The notes under the pieces: model-generated | Told to the model about the DNA's origin: nothing | What the model saw: only the letters and a program-made list of their open reading frames with translations | The model's database searches: none | Part shown: piece by piece, positions 1 to 9,039 of the stretch | Layout: every line of letters begins with the position of its first letter | Numbering within the stretch: position 1 is the first letter of the stretch | Made by a program: the position numbers and the translations under genes | From: Kofleriaceae bacterium | GTDB lineage: Bacteria > Myxococcota_A > Polyangia > Haliangiales > Haliangiaceae | Assembly: GCA_050184455.1 (NCBI GenBank) | Contig: JBFXAI010000019.1 | Location: 19,432-83,431, forward strand | DNA: 64,000 nucleotides | Direction of reading: 5' to 3'

Positions 1-94
1 CGATGGGCTCGGGCGGGTAGCGCTTGGATTGCGCGGAGGCGGTGCCCGCGGCAATCATCATGACAACCGCGGTCGCGACGACACGGCGCTTCAC
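1..94 (-). CDS. 5' end of a secreted-protein gene (signal peptide only; gene continues beyond the window)
   Basis: GTG at 94-92 overlaps the TGA of the upstream gene (GTGA at 91-94). Reverse translation gives VKRRVVATAVVMMIAAGTASAQSKRYPPEP, a typical signal peptide. Confidence 0.45.
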   Translation of the reverse strand, partial: MKRRVVATAVVMMIAAGTASAQSKRYPPEPI

Positions 95-1131
95 GGAAGC
101 CGCTCGAACAGGTCTTCGGGAGGTGGAACGCGAGGGCTGGTGCGCTGCTTGACCAGCAGCGCATCGAGGTGTGCCTTCGCGCGCGCGTGGAATTGCGGAT
201 GCGCGCCGCTCGCCAAGAACGCCCGCCAGTTCGAGATCGAGCTCGAGACGTTGCCGAACGCTTCGTCGATCAGTGCGAAGTAGTAGTACTCCTCGCCCTT
301 GGGGACGTAGAACACGGCGCCGTTTAGGAAGTCGCGCTTGAAGCCTTCGTAGCCATCGCGGCCTTGCGCTCGGATCACCGCCAGTGCCTTGCTGCCGTTC
401 TCGTCGCGGTCGAGCGCCACGGCGAGGCCGTACGCGGTGGAGATGTCGCCACCTTCTCGGCGCGCTGCGCTGTAGGTCTCGATCGCCGGTTCGAGCTTGC
501 CGAGCATCATGTACGTCTCGGCGAGGTTGCCGAGCACCTGGCGCGTGCTGCTACGCACCAGGCCATCAGAGCGGTCGAGCAACGCTTGGTAGTCGCGCGC
601 GGCCGCTTCGAGATCGGCGCGGGCGGTCTTGGGGTCGGCGGACAGCTTGGTTCGCATGATCGCCCGCGTAAACAACAGGTCATTGATCCGCGGATCGAGC
701 GGGGCGCGCGCTTCGAACTCGTCCCACGCCTCGACGGCTTCGCGCCAGCGCTGCGGATCGGGCGAATCACACGTCGCGCGCACGATCCCGAGCTGCAACG
801 GATCTGTGCAATCGTGGAAGAACGCGTCGAGCAACGCACCGATCCGGAAGTACGGTTCGGCTTGATCGGGCTGGGCATGGCTGGCGGCCCGGTATGCGCG
901 CAGCGCGGGCTCGATGTAGGCGAGGATCTGGCGGCGAGACGCCGAGCCCGTGGCGGCGAGTCGGGCGAGGTCATCGCCGTTCTTCATCTGGAGCTCGTAT
1001 TCGTCGCGCGCGGGATCGGGCTGGCCGCGAGCGATCGCCTGCTGCCAGACGTCCGCCTGCGCGGTGGCAGCCACGAGCACCGCGACGAGCACCGGCGCGA
1101 GCCGCAACAATCGGCGTTGGTCACGCTTCAC
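91..1131 (-). CDS. secreted TPR-like helical repeat protein
   Basis: ORF 91..1662 trimmed to the in-frame GTG at 1131 (GTGA overlap with the stop of 1128..2117). The product starts VKRDQRRLLRLAPVLVAVLVAATAQA (signal peptide) followed by helical repeats. The upstream 177 codons are Arg/Ala-rich and implausible. Confidence 0.7.
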   Translation of the reverse strand: MKRDQRRLLRLAPVLVAVLVAATAQADVWQQAIARGQPDPARDEYELQMKNGDDLARLAATGSASRRQILAYIEPALRAYRAASHAQPDQAEPYFRIGALLDAFFHDCTDPLQLGIVRATCDSPDPQRWREAVEAWDEFEARAPLDPRINDLLFTRAIMRTKLSADPKTARADLEAAARDYQALLDRSDGLVRSSTRQVLGNLAETYMMLGKLEPAIETYSAARREGGDISTAYGLAVALDRDENGSKALAVIRAQGRDGYEGFKRDFLNGAVFYVPKGEEYYYFALIDEAFGNVSSSISNWRAFLASGAHPQFHARAKAHLDALLVKQRTSPRVPPPEDLFERLP

Positions 1132-2117
1132 GGCGTCCTCCGCAGGCGCGACGGCGTGGCTCCCGGCGCGGTGGCGGGGCCGGGACGCCGGGCGAGCTCG
1201 CTGCGCTCGGCGTCGATCGCATGAATGTGATCGAGCGCGCGGCCGCGCCACGTAGCCCCACTGGCGGCATAGAGCGCCCATTGCGCGCGCGCCTCGGCAT
1301 AGAGCCCGACCGCCTCGTAGAGCAGCGCTTGATAGTAATAGCGGTCTTCCGCGGGCGTGAACGTCATCGCGGACAGCGCACCGTGCACCGAGAAGTAAAA
1401 CGACGATGACAATGTGGTCTGGAGCCGCGACAGCATGTCGAACGCGGCGCTGCGTTGCTCGTCGCGATCGTAGATCACCGCGAGCGCGAACGACAGCAAC
1501 GTGATCTCCTGCGGCAGAAACACCTGGGTCTGCGATGGAATCGCGTTGGCGAGCGTATCGATCGCCGCCACGGTATCGCCGCGTTCGGCGAGCGCATTGG
1601 CGAGGTGGACCAGGGGCTGCGCTGTTGTCGATGACAGCGGGCCTTGCGCAAATCGGAACCATCGAATCGCCCCGTCGAGGTCACCCATGCGTAGCCGGAT
1701 CATACCGAGCCGGCTGGTTGCCTCGACGCTCGCCTTGCTCGCGCCTTGAGCTCGAACGCACTCCTCGAGCGCGGCCACCGCCTCGTCGGTCTTGCCGAGC
1801 TCGTCGGCTGCGCGGCCGAACAGGATCAGCACGTCGGGGCGATGCGGCGAAAGCGTGCGCGCATAGCTCATCATCCCGTAGCTGTCCTGGAAGTAACGCA
1901 TCCGCTGGTCGACCGCCCATTCGGCGCCGGCCTGCGATCGCTCGTCGGCGACTCGCATCGCGCGGCGGGTCTTGTCGACGAGAGCTTCGACCTCGACCGC
2001 ATGCGGTTCGACGACCTCGCGCCAGAACTCACCGTGATCATCGGGTCGGTCGGCACGGGGTTGCGCATTGCCACGCGTCGCAGCCAACGCGATCGCGGTA
2101 ATCCACAGCCAGCGCAC
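1128..2117 (-). CDS. secreted tetratricopeptide (TPR) repeat protein
   Basis: 329-aa ORF with signal peptide MRWLWITAIALAATRGNAQ. Repeated A/L/Y/G-patterned helix pairs (e.g. DEAVAALEECVRAQ, YYYQALLYEAVGLYAEARAQW) are typical of TPR. Confidence 0.75.
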   Translation of the reverse strand: MRWLWITAIALAATRGNAQPRADRPDDHGEFWREVVEPHAVEVEALVDKTRRAMRVADERSQAGAEWAVDQRMRYFQDSYGMMSYARTLSPHRPDVLILFGRAADELGKTDEAVAALEECVRAQGASKASVEATSRLGMIRLRMGDLDGAIRWFRFAQGPLSSTTAQPLVHLANALAERGDTVAAIDTLANAIPSQTQVFLPQEITLLSFALAVIYDRDEQRSAAFDMLSRLQTTLSSSFYFSVHGALSAMTFTPAEDRYYYQALLYEAVGLYAEARAQWALYAASGATWRGRALDHIHAIDAERSELARRPGPATAPGATPSRLRRTP

Positions 2118-2282
2118 TGACTTCAGTATGCCGAGACCTCGACGTCGGGGCCAGGCAAAGCGGGGCCTCGTGGGTACAACGGCGGGGACATTCCCCCCGG
2201 ATCGCCAGACCCGAGAACGCCTATTATTCTCAACACTTGGTCCGCTAATAGCGATGGCCTAGCGCTTGCTGTGTAGCTCGTC

Positions 2283-3812
2283 GTGGATCGAGGCGTCATT
2301 GCGGCAGCTTCCGAGCTGTTCGAAAGCAAGCACTACACAGCGGCTGCTGCGATCTGTGCTGAGGGCCTCAAGCGCGAGCCAAACTGCCTCCAGTTGCTGT
2401 TGCTCAGCGCTCGTTCGTTCGTGGCGCTGCGACGCGAAGCCGACGCCCGAGCGGACCTCCGCGACATTCTCAGGTTCGCGCCCGAATGTGCCCTCGCATA
2501 CCGGCTGCTCGGGGAGCTCGCCGCGCGGCGCGAGGAAAACGAGACCGCCGCCATCTTCTTTCGCGAGGCGCTGCGCCTCGATCCGTCCGATCTCGAAGCC
2601 GCTGATTGGCTCCAGATCGTGACTGCATCAGCTCGACCAGCCGCGGTGGCAATTCAACTCCCGGCAACCGCTGCCGCGGCTGGTCGAATTTCTCGAGCCC
2701 CTCGCGTTGCACGCGGAACCGAACCCGAGCCCGACGACCTGACCAACGCGGTCGAGCGGCCGTTCTCTCGCGGCTCGGAGCCAAGTGGCAATACGTGGTC
2801 GGGGGCGGCGTGGTCCGTGACGGCGCCATCGTTGCCGCCACCTCCCAACGAGGTCGTGCCAGGCGTCGAGCTCTCGACTGCCGATGCCCCGACGGTCGTG
2901 ACCGCGCCGATCGTGGTCGAGCCCGATCCCGAGCCCGTGCCGGCGTCGCGACCATCGGCTGTCCCGCTGGGGCGCGTCAGCAAACATCTGATCCCGGCCG
3001 CGGCGGTTCGCGAGCGGCCATCGTTCACGGAGCGTCCCACCGCGCCACAACCGATTCGGATCGTGCCCGCTCCCGCGGCGCTATCGTCCCCTGCGTTTCG
3101 CGACCCACCGTCGGTGAGCGAAGGTCCAACGGCCGCGAGGCCGATGCGGATCGTTGCAGCGCCACCGATCGCGGATCTACCGGCGGTTCCCCAGCCGGTA
3201 CGACCGAGCGCCGCAATGATGTCTCGTCCCAGCGCAGCGGCGGTGGTTCGGCGTAGCGTTCCGGCGGTCACTCGTCCGGCGGCGGCCGTGGCTCGCGTCC
3301 CCGAGATCCACCGCCCGAGTGCTGCGGCCGTGGCTCGCGCCCCGGAGATCCACCGCCCGAGTGCTGCGGCCGTGGCTCGCGCCCGGGAGATCCACCGCCC
3401 GAGTGCTGCGGCCGTGGCTCGCGCGGTCGCGCCGGTTCGGCAAGCCGCGGTCGTGCGGCCGAGCGCGCCAGCCGTCAGACCTCCCGCCTCACGGACAGCG
3501 ATGCCGGTGAGCGGATCCGCGGCGGCGCTTGCCTCGGTGGCGACGCCGCGATTCGCGGGCCAGGTGGTCGCGCGCCATGCTGATCCACTTCCGCGGATGA
3601 GCCGCGCGTCGATGCCCGAGCTGCCGGGGTTTGCGGAGTTCCTGATCACCGCGGGAGTGATCACACGCGATCGGCTGCGCGCCGCGCAGGCCTATCAGCG
3701 ATCGATGAAGGTCCAGCTCGCCACGGCGATCGTGACGCTGGGCCTCGCCAGCGCAGAGCGCGTCGAGTGGGCGGTCGTCGCTCACCAATCGCAACTCGCG
3801 CGCAGCCGCTGA
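2283..3812 (+). CDS. TPR N-domain / long Pro-Ala-rich repeat linker / T2SS-E N-terminal-like (GSPII_E_N, MshEN-type) C-domain protein
   Basis: GTG start at 2283. N-terminal TPR-like helices (ELFESKHYTAAAAICAEGLKREPNCLQLLLL). About 300 aa of P/A/S/V low complexity with tandem repeats. C-terminal LPGFAEFLITAGVITRDRLRAAQAYQRSMKVQLATAIVTLGLASAERVEW fits the GSPII_E_N helical pattern. Confidence 0.7.
   Translation: MDRGVIAAASELFESKHYTAAAAICAEGLKREPNCLQLLLLSARSFVALRREADARADLRDILRFAPECALAYRLLGELAARREENETAAIFFREALRLDPSDLEAADWLQIVTASARPAAVAIQLPATAAAAGRISRAPRVARGTEPEPDDLTNAVERPFSRGSEPSGNTWSGAAWSVTAPSLPPPPNEVVPGVELSTADAPTVVTAPIVVEPDPEPVPASRPSAVPLGRVSKHLIPAAAVRERPSFTERPTAPQPIRIVPAPAALSSPAFRDPPSVSEGPTAARPMRIVAAPPIADLPAVPQPVRPSAAMMSRPSAAAVVRRSVPAVTRPAAAVARVPEIHRPSAAAVARAPEIHRPSAAAVARAREIHRPSAAAVARAVAPVRQAAVVRPSAPAVRPPASRTAMPVSGSAAALASVATPRFAGQVVARHADPLPRMSRASMPELPGFAEFLITAGVITRDRLRAAQAYQRSMKVQLATAIVTLGLASAERVEWAVVAHQSQLARSR
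3281..3428 (+). repeat. in-frame 42-bp tandem repeat (3 full units plus a partial one) inside CDS 2283..3812
   Basis: Units at 3303-3344, 3345-3386 and 3387-3428 (gagatccaccgcccgagtgctgcggccgtggctcgcgcc..) are identical except at the unit ends. They encode (P)EIHRPSAAAVARA x3. Confidence 0.9.
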
Positions 3813-3847
3813 TCCCGCGTTCGCGGATCCAGGCTACGGTCTCGGCC

Positions 3848-4486
3848 ATGAGCTGGATCGATGTGTCGGTCGCGATCCGTCACGGGATGGTGCACTGGCC
3901 GGGCAACCCTCCGGTTCGGTTGGAGCGGATCAAAGACATCGCCGATGGCGCGAGCTCGAACGTCTCGCAGCTGTCGCTCGGGGTGCACTCAGGTACGCAC
4001 GTCGACGCGCCGGTGCATTTCAAGCCTGGTGCGAGTGGGGTCGACCAGATCCCGCTCGATGCGTTCGTCGGTCCCGCGCGCGTGATCGCGATCGAGCACC
4101 CCGTGCACGTCACGGTCGATGAGCTCCGGGCCGCCAAGGTGTCCGCGGGTGAGCGCATCTTGTTGAAGACGCGCAATTCGCCGGCGGCGTGGTTGCGATC
4201 ACCCGAGTTCGTGAGCGACGCGGTGCACCTGTCCACGGAGGCTGCCGCGTGGCTCGCCGGGTTGCCGGTCCTCACGGTCGGCATCGACTACCTGTCGGTC
4301 GGCGGCCATGCGGCCAAGAATGGCGCCGCGGTTCATCATGCGCTGCTCGACGCCGGCGTTTGGATCATCGAGGGGCTCGATCTCTCGGCCGTGACCGCCG
4401 GACCGTGCGATCTGGTGTGCCTTCCGCTCAAGCTGGTCGGCTGCGACGGCGCACCCGCTCGCGCGATCGTTCGACCCCGCGGGTGA
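3848..4486 (+). CDS. cyclase-family metal hydrolase (kynurenine formamidase / arylformamidase-like)
   Basis: ATG 3848 (ORF 3767.. trimmed). HSGTHVDAPVH matches the HxGTHxDxPxH motif of the cyclase/kynurenine formamidase family. About 212 aa. Confidence 0.7.
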   Translation: MSWIDVSVAIRHGMVHWPGNPPVRLERIKDIADGASSNVSQLSLGVHSGTHVDAPVHFKPGASGVDQIPLDAFVGPARVIAIEHPVHVTVDELRAAKVSAGERILLKTRNSPAAWLRSPEFVSDAVHLSTEAAAWLAGLPVLTVGIDYLSVGGHAAKNGAAVHHALLDAGVWIIEGLDLSAVTAGPCDLVCLPLKLVGCDGAPARAIVRPRG

Positions 4487-4488
4487 CG

Positions 4489-6615
4489 ATGCGGAGCGTC
4501 ACGGTACTTGTCGGCGTTGGTGTCGGGGTTGGCGTCATGATCGGCGCCGCGTGCTCGAGCACACCGGCGAGCCGCGATCCCACGGAGGTTGGCGACCGCG
4601 ATCCGGCGTACCCCGAGCCCTCGATCGAGCGGCGCGACGCGCAGCCCGGTCGTTCGAATACGGTCGATGTCACGCTCGCCGACGTCGGTCTGGAACCGGG
4701 CTCGCTCGATCGCAGCGTCGATCCGTGCGTCGACTTCTATCAATACGCGTGCGGCGGCTGGCTGCGCGACAACGCGATCCCAGGTGATCGCGCGCGGTGG
4801 GATCGCACCGCCGAGATCGAAGCGCACAACCGCACGGTAATCCGCGTATTGCTCGAGGAAGCCTCGAAAGGAATCGCCGCCGATCCTGGTACGCGCAAGC
4901 TGGGTGATTTCTATGCGTCGTGCATGGATATCGCTGCGATCGAGCGTTCGGGTGTCAAGGCGCTCAAGCCGCTCATCGCCAAGATCGCGGCGGTCAACGA
5001 TGCCAAGACGTGGCTCGCTGCCGTGATCGAGCTCCATCGGATCGGCGTTGCGGTGGCGTGGAGCGTCGCGGTGCGCCCGGATCTCGTCGCGCCGAGTACC
5101 AACGTGGTGTACCTCGACGCCGGAGAGCTCGGCCTGCCCGATTGCGACTACTACCTCGCGCCGAGCCTGGCCACCAAGCTCGAGGGCTATCGCCGCCACG
5201 TCGCCAAGATGCTCGGGTTGATCGGAGTATCGGCGCCGCGAGCAGAGCTCGCCGCGAACGACGTGATCGCGATCGAACGAGAGCTCGCCAAGCTCACTAA
5301 GTCTGCGGCCGCCAAGCGCGACGTGCGCCTGAGCTATCACCCGAGCGATCCGCAGAAGCTGGCCAACCAAGTGACCAGCGTCGAGTGGAAGCAGTATTGG
5401 AAGGGACTCGGAGTCGCGCCCGGAGCGAAGCTGATCGTTTCGACGCCGGCGTGGTTCGAGCAACTCGATCGGATCCGCGCGGCGTTCAAGCCCAAGCAGT
5501 GGGCGAGCTACTTTGCGTATCACCTCGCCGCCAACCGCGCGTTCGGCTTGCCAGCGGCGTTCGACGCCGAGGCGCTCGAGCTCCAGAAGATATTGACCGG
5601 CGTCGAGATCCCGACCGATCGCCACGCTCGCTGCGTCGAGAGCTCACAGTCCGCGCTCGGTGAGCTGATCGGCCAGCACTACGTCACCAAGCACTTCTCC
5701 GACGGCTCCAAGCAGGCGGTCGGCAAGCTGGTCGACGCGATCCTCGACGTCACCGCCGCCGAGCTCGGCGGTCTCAACTGGATGGAGCCGGAGACCAAGC
5801 AGCGCGCGCATGCCAAGCTGACGCGGGTGATTCGCATGATCGGATTTCCCGAGACCTGGCGCGCGTACCCGTTCGAGGTCAAGCGCGAGGACTTCGCCGG
5901 CAACCGGCTACGTGCGGACGCGTTCGAGATTCGCCGACGGTTTGCGAAGGCAGGGACGCCGGTCGATCGCAACGAATGGCACGCCAACGCATTCGCGGTG
6001 TCGGCGAGTTACCTCGCAAGCTCCAACACGTTGGTGGTCCCAGCGGGGATCTTGCAACCACCGTTGTTTGGCCAAGATCGTTCGATCGCCGCGAACCTTG
6101 GCGGGATCGGCGCGGTGATCGGCCACGAGCTGATCCACGCTCTCGACGATCAGGGCGCGCAGTTCGATGGTAACGGCACGCTCGCCGAGTGGTGGCGCGA
6201 CCCCGATCGCCGCGCCTTCGCGGAACGCGGGGCTTGTATCGCGGACGCGTATTCGACGTTCGAGGTGTTGCCCGGGAAGCGAATCGACGGCCAGCTGACT
6301 CGGACCGAAGCCGTCGCCGATCTGGGTGGCGTCAAACTGGCGTTCAAGGCATACCGGCGGCTACGGGCCGCGGCGACTAGCCGCTATGTCGCCGACGGGC
6401 TCGACGAGGATCAGCAGTTCTTCGTCGCGGTGGGGCAGGCGCTGTGCACGCACGATCGGCCGAGTGAGCTCGAGCGGCGGCTGACCGTGGATCCGCATGC
6501 GCCACCGCGGTTTCGCGTCTACGGCGCGCTGCGCAACTTCCCCGAGTTCGCGAGCGCGTTTCGATGCGCGCCCGGAACGCCGATGCGTCCGGGCAAGACC
6601 TGCGCCGTATGGTGA
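4489..6615 (+). CDS. M13 family zinc metallopeptidase (neprilysin/PepO/endothelin-converting-enzyme-like) lipoprotein
   Basis: ATG 4489, 2 nt after the upstream stop. Lipoprotein signal MRSVTVLVGVGVGVGVMIGAAC. Zincin motif HELIH, downstream EAVADLGG (ExxxD). About 708 aa, as expected for M13. Confidence 0.85.
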   Translation: MRSVTVLVGVGVGVGVMIGAACSSTPASRDPTEVGDRDPAYPEPSIERRDAQPGRSNTVDVTLADVGLEPGSLDRSVDPCVDFYQYACGGWLRDNAIPGDRARWDRTAEIEAHNRTVIRVLLEEASKGIAADPGTRKLGDFYASCMDIAAIERSGVKALKPLIAKIAAVNDAKTWLAAVIELHRIGVAVAWSVAVRPDLVAPSTNVVYLDAGELGLPDCDYYLAPSLATKLEGYRRHVAKMLGLIGVSAPRAELAANDVIAIERELAKLTKSAAAKRDVRLSYHPSDPQKLANQVTSVEWKQYWKGLGVAPGAKLIVSTPAWFEQLDRIRAAFKPKQWASYFAYHLAANRAFGLPAAFDAEALELQKILTGVEIPTDRHARCVESSQSALGELIGQHYVTKHFSDGSKQAVGKLVDAILDVTAAELGGLNWMEPETKQRAHAKLTRVIRMIGFPETWRAYPFEVKREDFAGNRLRADAFEIRRRFAKAGTPVDRNEWHANAFAVSASYLASSNTLVVPAGILQPPLFGQDRSIAANLGGIGAVIGHELIHALDDQGAQFDGNGTLAEWWRDPDRRAFAERGACIADAYSTFEVLPGKRIDGQLTRTEAVADLGGVKLAFKAYRRLRAAATSRYVADGLDEDQQFFVAVGQALCTHDRPSELERRLTVDPHAPPRFRVYGALRNFPEFASAFRCAPGTPMRPGKTCAVW

Positions 6616-6663
6616 ACGCGACGCAACGGCGGAGGGGTGAATGCGGTGGCTTTGCGACCGCAG

Positions 6664-6684
6664 AGGGGCGGGAAAGCCCCCTTT
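6664..6684 (+). terminator. weak hairpin downstream of the M13 peptidase gene
   Basis: GGGGC (6665-6669) / GCCCC (6676-6680) 5-bp stem with loop GGGAAA, followed by CTTTC. Lies between convergent genes. Confidence 0.3.
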
Positions 6685-6691
6685 CGATCAA

Positions 6692-7972
6692 TCAATACGC
6701 GTAGCCGACGCCAAGCTGCAGCGAGTAGATCGTGTCCTTGCCGCCGTCCGCCTTGAGCATCGACATATCTTCGTATTCGAAGCTCCACGCGTATTGCACG
6801 GCCGATGCACCACCGCGGAGCTGAAACGATCCTAACTTCGCGAGCAGTCCGACCCCCGCGCCATAGCCCTTCGCGCTGGCTCCGGGAAATCGCTTCGGTA
6901 ACTCGCCCCCCGAAACCACGAGGCGACCTTCGAGGCTCACGTACGGCTCGATGCGCCAAACGTTGGCGGAAGCGCGCACCCCGAGCCGAACCGTCTGATA
7001 GTTGACCTTCGGGATCAGGCCGACGTCCGACGCCGTCGCGCCGGTGTAATCGTACTTGTCGCCGGTGTAGCCGGCGCCCAGCTCGAGCGCCGCGCCATCG
7101 GCGACGCGGAAGCGCTGGCGCACGCCGATCTCGAAGCTCTGCCAGGCCGTGTCGACCATGCCAGTGATGCCTTGGACTCGTTGCGCGTTGAGGCCGAACT
7201 GAAACCTCGCGAGCAGAGATAGCCCACGCAGCGTATTGGTGCCCGAGGTCGCCAGTGGCCACGCTTCGATCAGCGGTCCGCCGAGCATCTGGCCGTACTC
7301 CTGCTCGAGATCGCGGATCGTACCGCCGGTCTGGATGTTGTCGTAGAAGAACGTGCGGAACCCGATGTCGAACAGTGCTGTCACTCGAATGTAGGGGCCA
7401 CGGGGAGGCTTGGTTTCTGTCTTCGCTTCGAGCTTCGGGCGGGGGTCGGGGGTGTCGTCGGGACCGTCGGGCTCGTCGCTTGAGCTGGCGACGCGCTTCA
7501 CTTCCACCGTGGTTTCGTCGCCAGCGACGACCTCGACGAAGTCGTCGTACAAGGTCTTGCCGTTGAGCGTGACCACGACGTGGTGGCCCTCTTCGGACAC
7601 CTCGATCTGCTTCGGTGCTTTGCCGCGGTCGACGTCGTCGATCGTGATCCGCGCGCCCTTGGGTCCTTCAAACACCAAGGTGCCGACCGCTGGCTCGAGC
7701 CGGAGCTTGATCGTCGGAATCCGGCCGGTCTTCTTGACCACGATGTTCTGAATGACCTCGCGATGTTGCGCGAGCTCGACGATCAGCGGAGTTTCACCGA
7801 TCGGAGCGTTGAACGTGCACGGCGTCTTCTCGCACACCGGGCCGTCCTCTTTGGCGTTGAGGTAGACCGCTGCGCCTTCGGGCACGGTCTCGATCGTGAC
7901 CTTGCGCGTCGGTCCTGCGTTGGCGACGCCAACCCAGCCGACCATCACGACGATGGTCACGACGCGAATCAT
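6692..7972 (-). CDS. PEGA-domain protein fused to a C-terminal outer-membrane beta-barrel-like domain
   Basis: Signal peptide MIRVVTIVVMVGWVGVANA. Two PEGA-type modules (VTIETVPEGAAVYLN.., GTLVFEGPKGARITIDDVDRG..). D/P-rich linker. Alternating-hydrophobic C-terminal strands ending ..LQLGVGYAY. Confidence 0.7.
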   Translation of the reverse strand: MIRVVTIVVMVGWVGVANAGPTRKVTIETVPEGAAVYLNAKEDGPVCEKTPCTFNAPIGETPLIVELAQHREVIQNIVVKKTGRIPTIKLRLEPAVGTLVFEGPKGARITIDDVDRGKAPKQIEVSEEGHHVVVTLNGKTLYDDFVEVVAGDETTVEVKRVASSSDEPDGPDDTPDPRPKLEAKTETKPPRGPYIRVTALFDIGFRTFFYDNIQTGGTIRDLEQEYGQMLGGPLIEAWPLATSGTNTLRGLSLLARFQFGLNAQRVQGITGMVDTAWQSFEIGVRQRFRVADGAALELGAGYTGDKYDYTGATASDVGLIPKVNYQTVRLGVRASANVWRIEPYVSLEGRLVVSGGELPKRFPGASAKGYGAGVGLLAKLGSFQLRGGASAVQYAWSFEYEDMSMLKADGGKDTIYSLQLGVGYAY

Positions 7973-8037
7973 GGTCAGAAATCATAGCGCGGCGCGATGC
8001 CGACGGGGTCGGGGAGTTCCTGTGGCATCTTGCGGCC

Positions 8038-8979
8038 GTGTCGCGAACCGGGGTTTCCATCCTACGGCTGACCGCGCTGGCGCTCGCCGTCGGATTCACG
8101 GCGACGCGGATCGGCGTCGTGCTGCACGAGCTACTCGGCCACGGCGCCGCGGCGGTCGGGGTTGGCGGCGAGGTCACCGCCGTGCGGCTGTTCTGGTTCG
8201 CAGGCGGGTGGGTGAGCTACCGCGAGGTGCCGGCGGACGATGGCTTGATCGTGACGCTCGCGGGCATCGCGGTCGAGTTGGTGCTCGGGCTCGGACTTTG
8301 GATCGGGCTTCGGAATCGAGCGAGCCTCGCGAGCGGCATCGTTCGAACCATGGGCGCCGGGCTGATCCTGCACGGTTGCTGGTACCTCGCCACCGGTACC
8401 TGGCACGGCTATGGCGACGGCTGGATGGTCCATCGCGAGCTCGCTGATCAGCGTTGGATGGTCGCGATTCCCGCGGGTGTAACGTGTTGTTGGTTCGCGT
8501 TTGCTGGTGCGCAACGAATGTTCGGCCCGCTTGCCGCGACGGTGAGCGGCAGCCGTCGGGTACGAGTCGCGGGAACGCTCGCGGCGGTGGTGATGGGTGG
8601 TGCGGTGCACGTCGCCGCCGCGCACACCGAAATGATCGTCCGCTCCGATGCGGTGTATGCGCGGGTCGGCCGCAGCGAACAGGAACGTGCGGTCGATCGC
8701 GAGCTGGCCCAATGGTTGGCGGATCAGCGGCAACGCGGCATGGAGCCCAGTGCGTCCGTGCGCGCGGAGACCGAGGCTGCGATCGAACGCCGCCATCGAC
8801 CGTTCCCGTTCGCGCGGCTGCTGTTGCTCGCCAGCGTACTGGCAGCGGTCGTTGGTGTGATCCGCTCCCCGGTTCTGCCAGCAGAGCGCGAGGTCTCGGG
8901 CCGGCTGCTGCGAGTGGCGTCCACCTGTGCCGTCGTCTCTCTAGGAATGGTGATCGCGCTCGACGCTGTCTTGAGCTGA
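8038..8979 (+). CDS. polytopic membrane protein with HExxH motif (Peptidase_M50B-like putative zinc metalloprotease)
   Basis: GTG 8038. Several hydrophobic helices. VVLHELLGHGAAAVGVGGEV places HExxH in the first membrane region, as in M50B-like proteins. Confidence 0.5.
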   Translation: MSRTGVSILRLTALALAVGFTATRIGVVLHELLGHGAAAVGVGGEVTAVRLFWFAGGWVSYREVPADDGLIVTLAGIAVELVLGLGLWIGLRNRASLASGIVRTMGAGLILHGCWYLATGTWHGYGDGWMVHRELADQRWMVAIPAGVTCCWFAFAGAQRMFGPLAATVSGSRRVRVAGTLAAVVMGGAVHVAAAHTEMIVRSDAVYARVGRSEQERAVDRELAQWLADQRQRGMEPSASVRAETEAAIERRHRPFPFARLLLLASVLAAVVGVIRSPVLPAEREVSGRLLRVASTCAVVSLGMVIALDAVLS

Positions 8980-9039
8980 CGCTCGGGGTTCGGCGCACGG
9001 TTGGCCAACCTCCGCGCGAGTGTGCTTAGATCGAGATCC

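Noticed and set aside
3281-3428. 42-bp tandem repeats as a possible CRISPR array
   Set aside because: The repeats are directly adjacent with no spacers. They are in frame inside a CDS, and there are no cas genes in the window.
2654-3664. 336-aa minus-strand ORF opposite the Pro/Ala-rich repeat gene
   Set aside because: It mirrors the low-complexity repeats of the plus-strand gene. Only the plus frame has recognisable terminal domains (TPR, GSPII_E_N-like).
4336-5625. 429-aa minus-strand ORF inside the M13 peptidase gene
   Set aside because: It is antisense to a gene with HExxH/ExxxD motifs. The composition is Arg-rich and there is no signal or motif.
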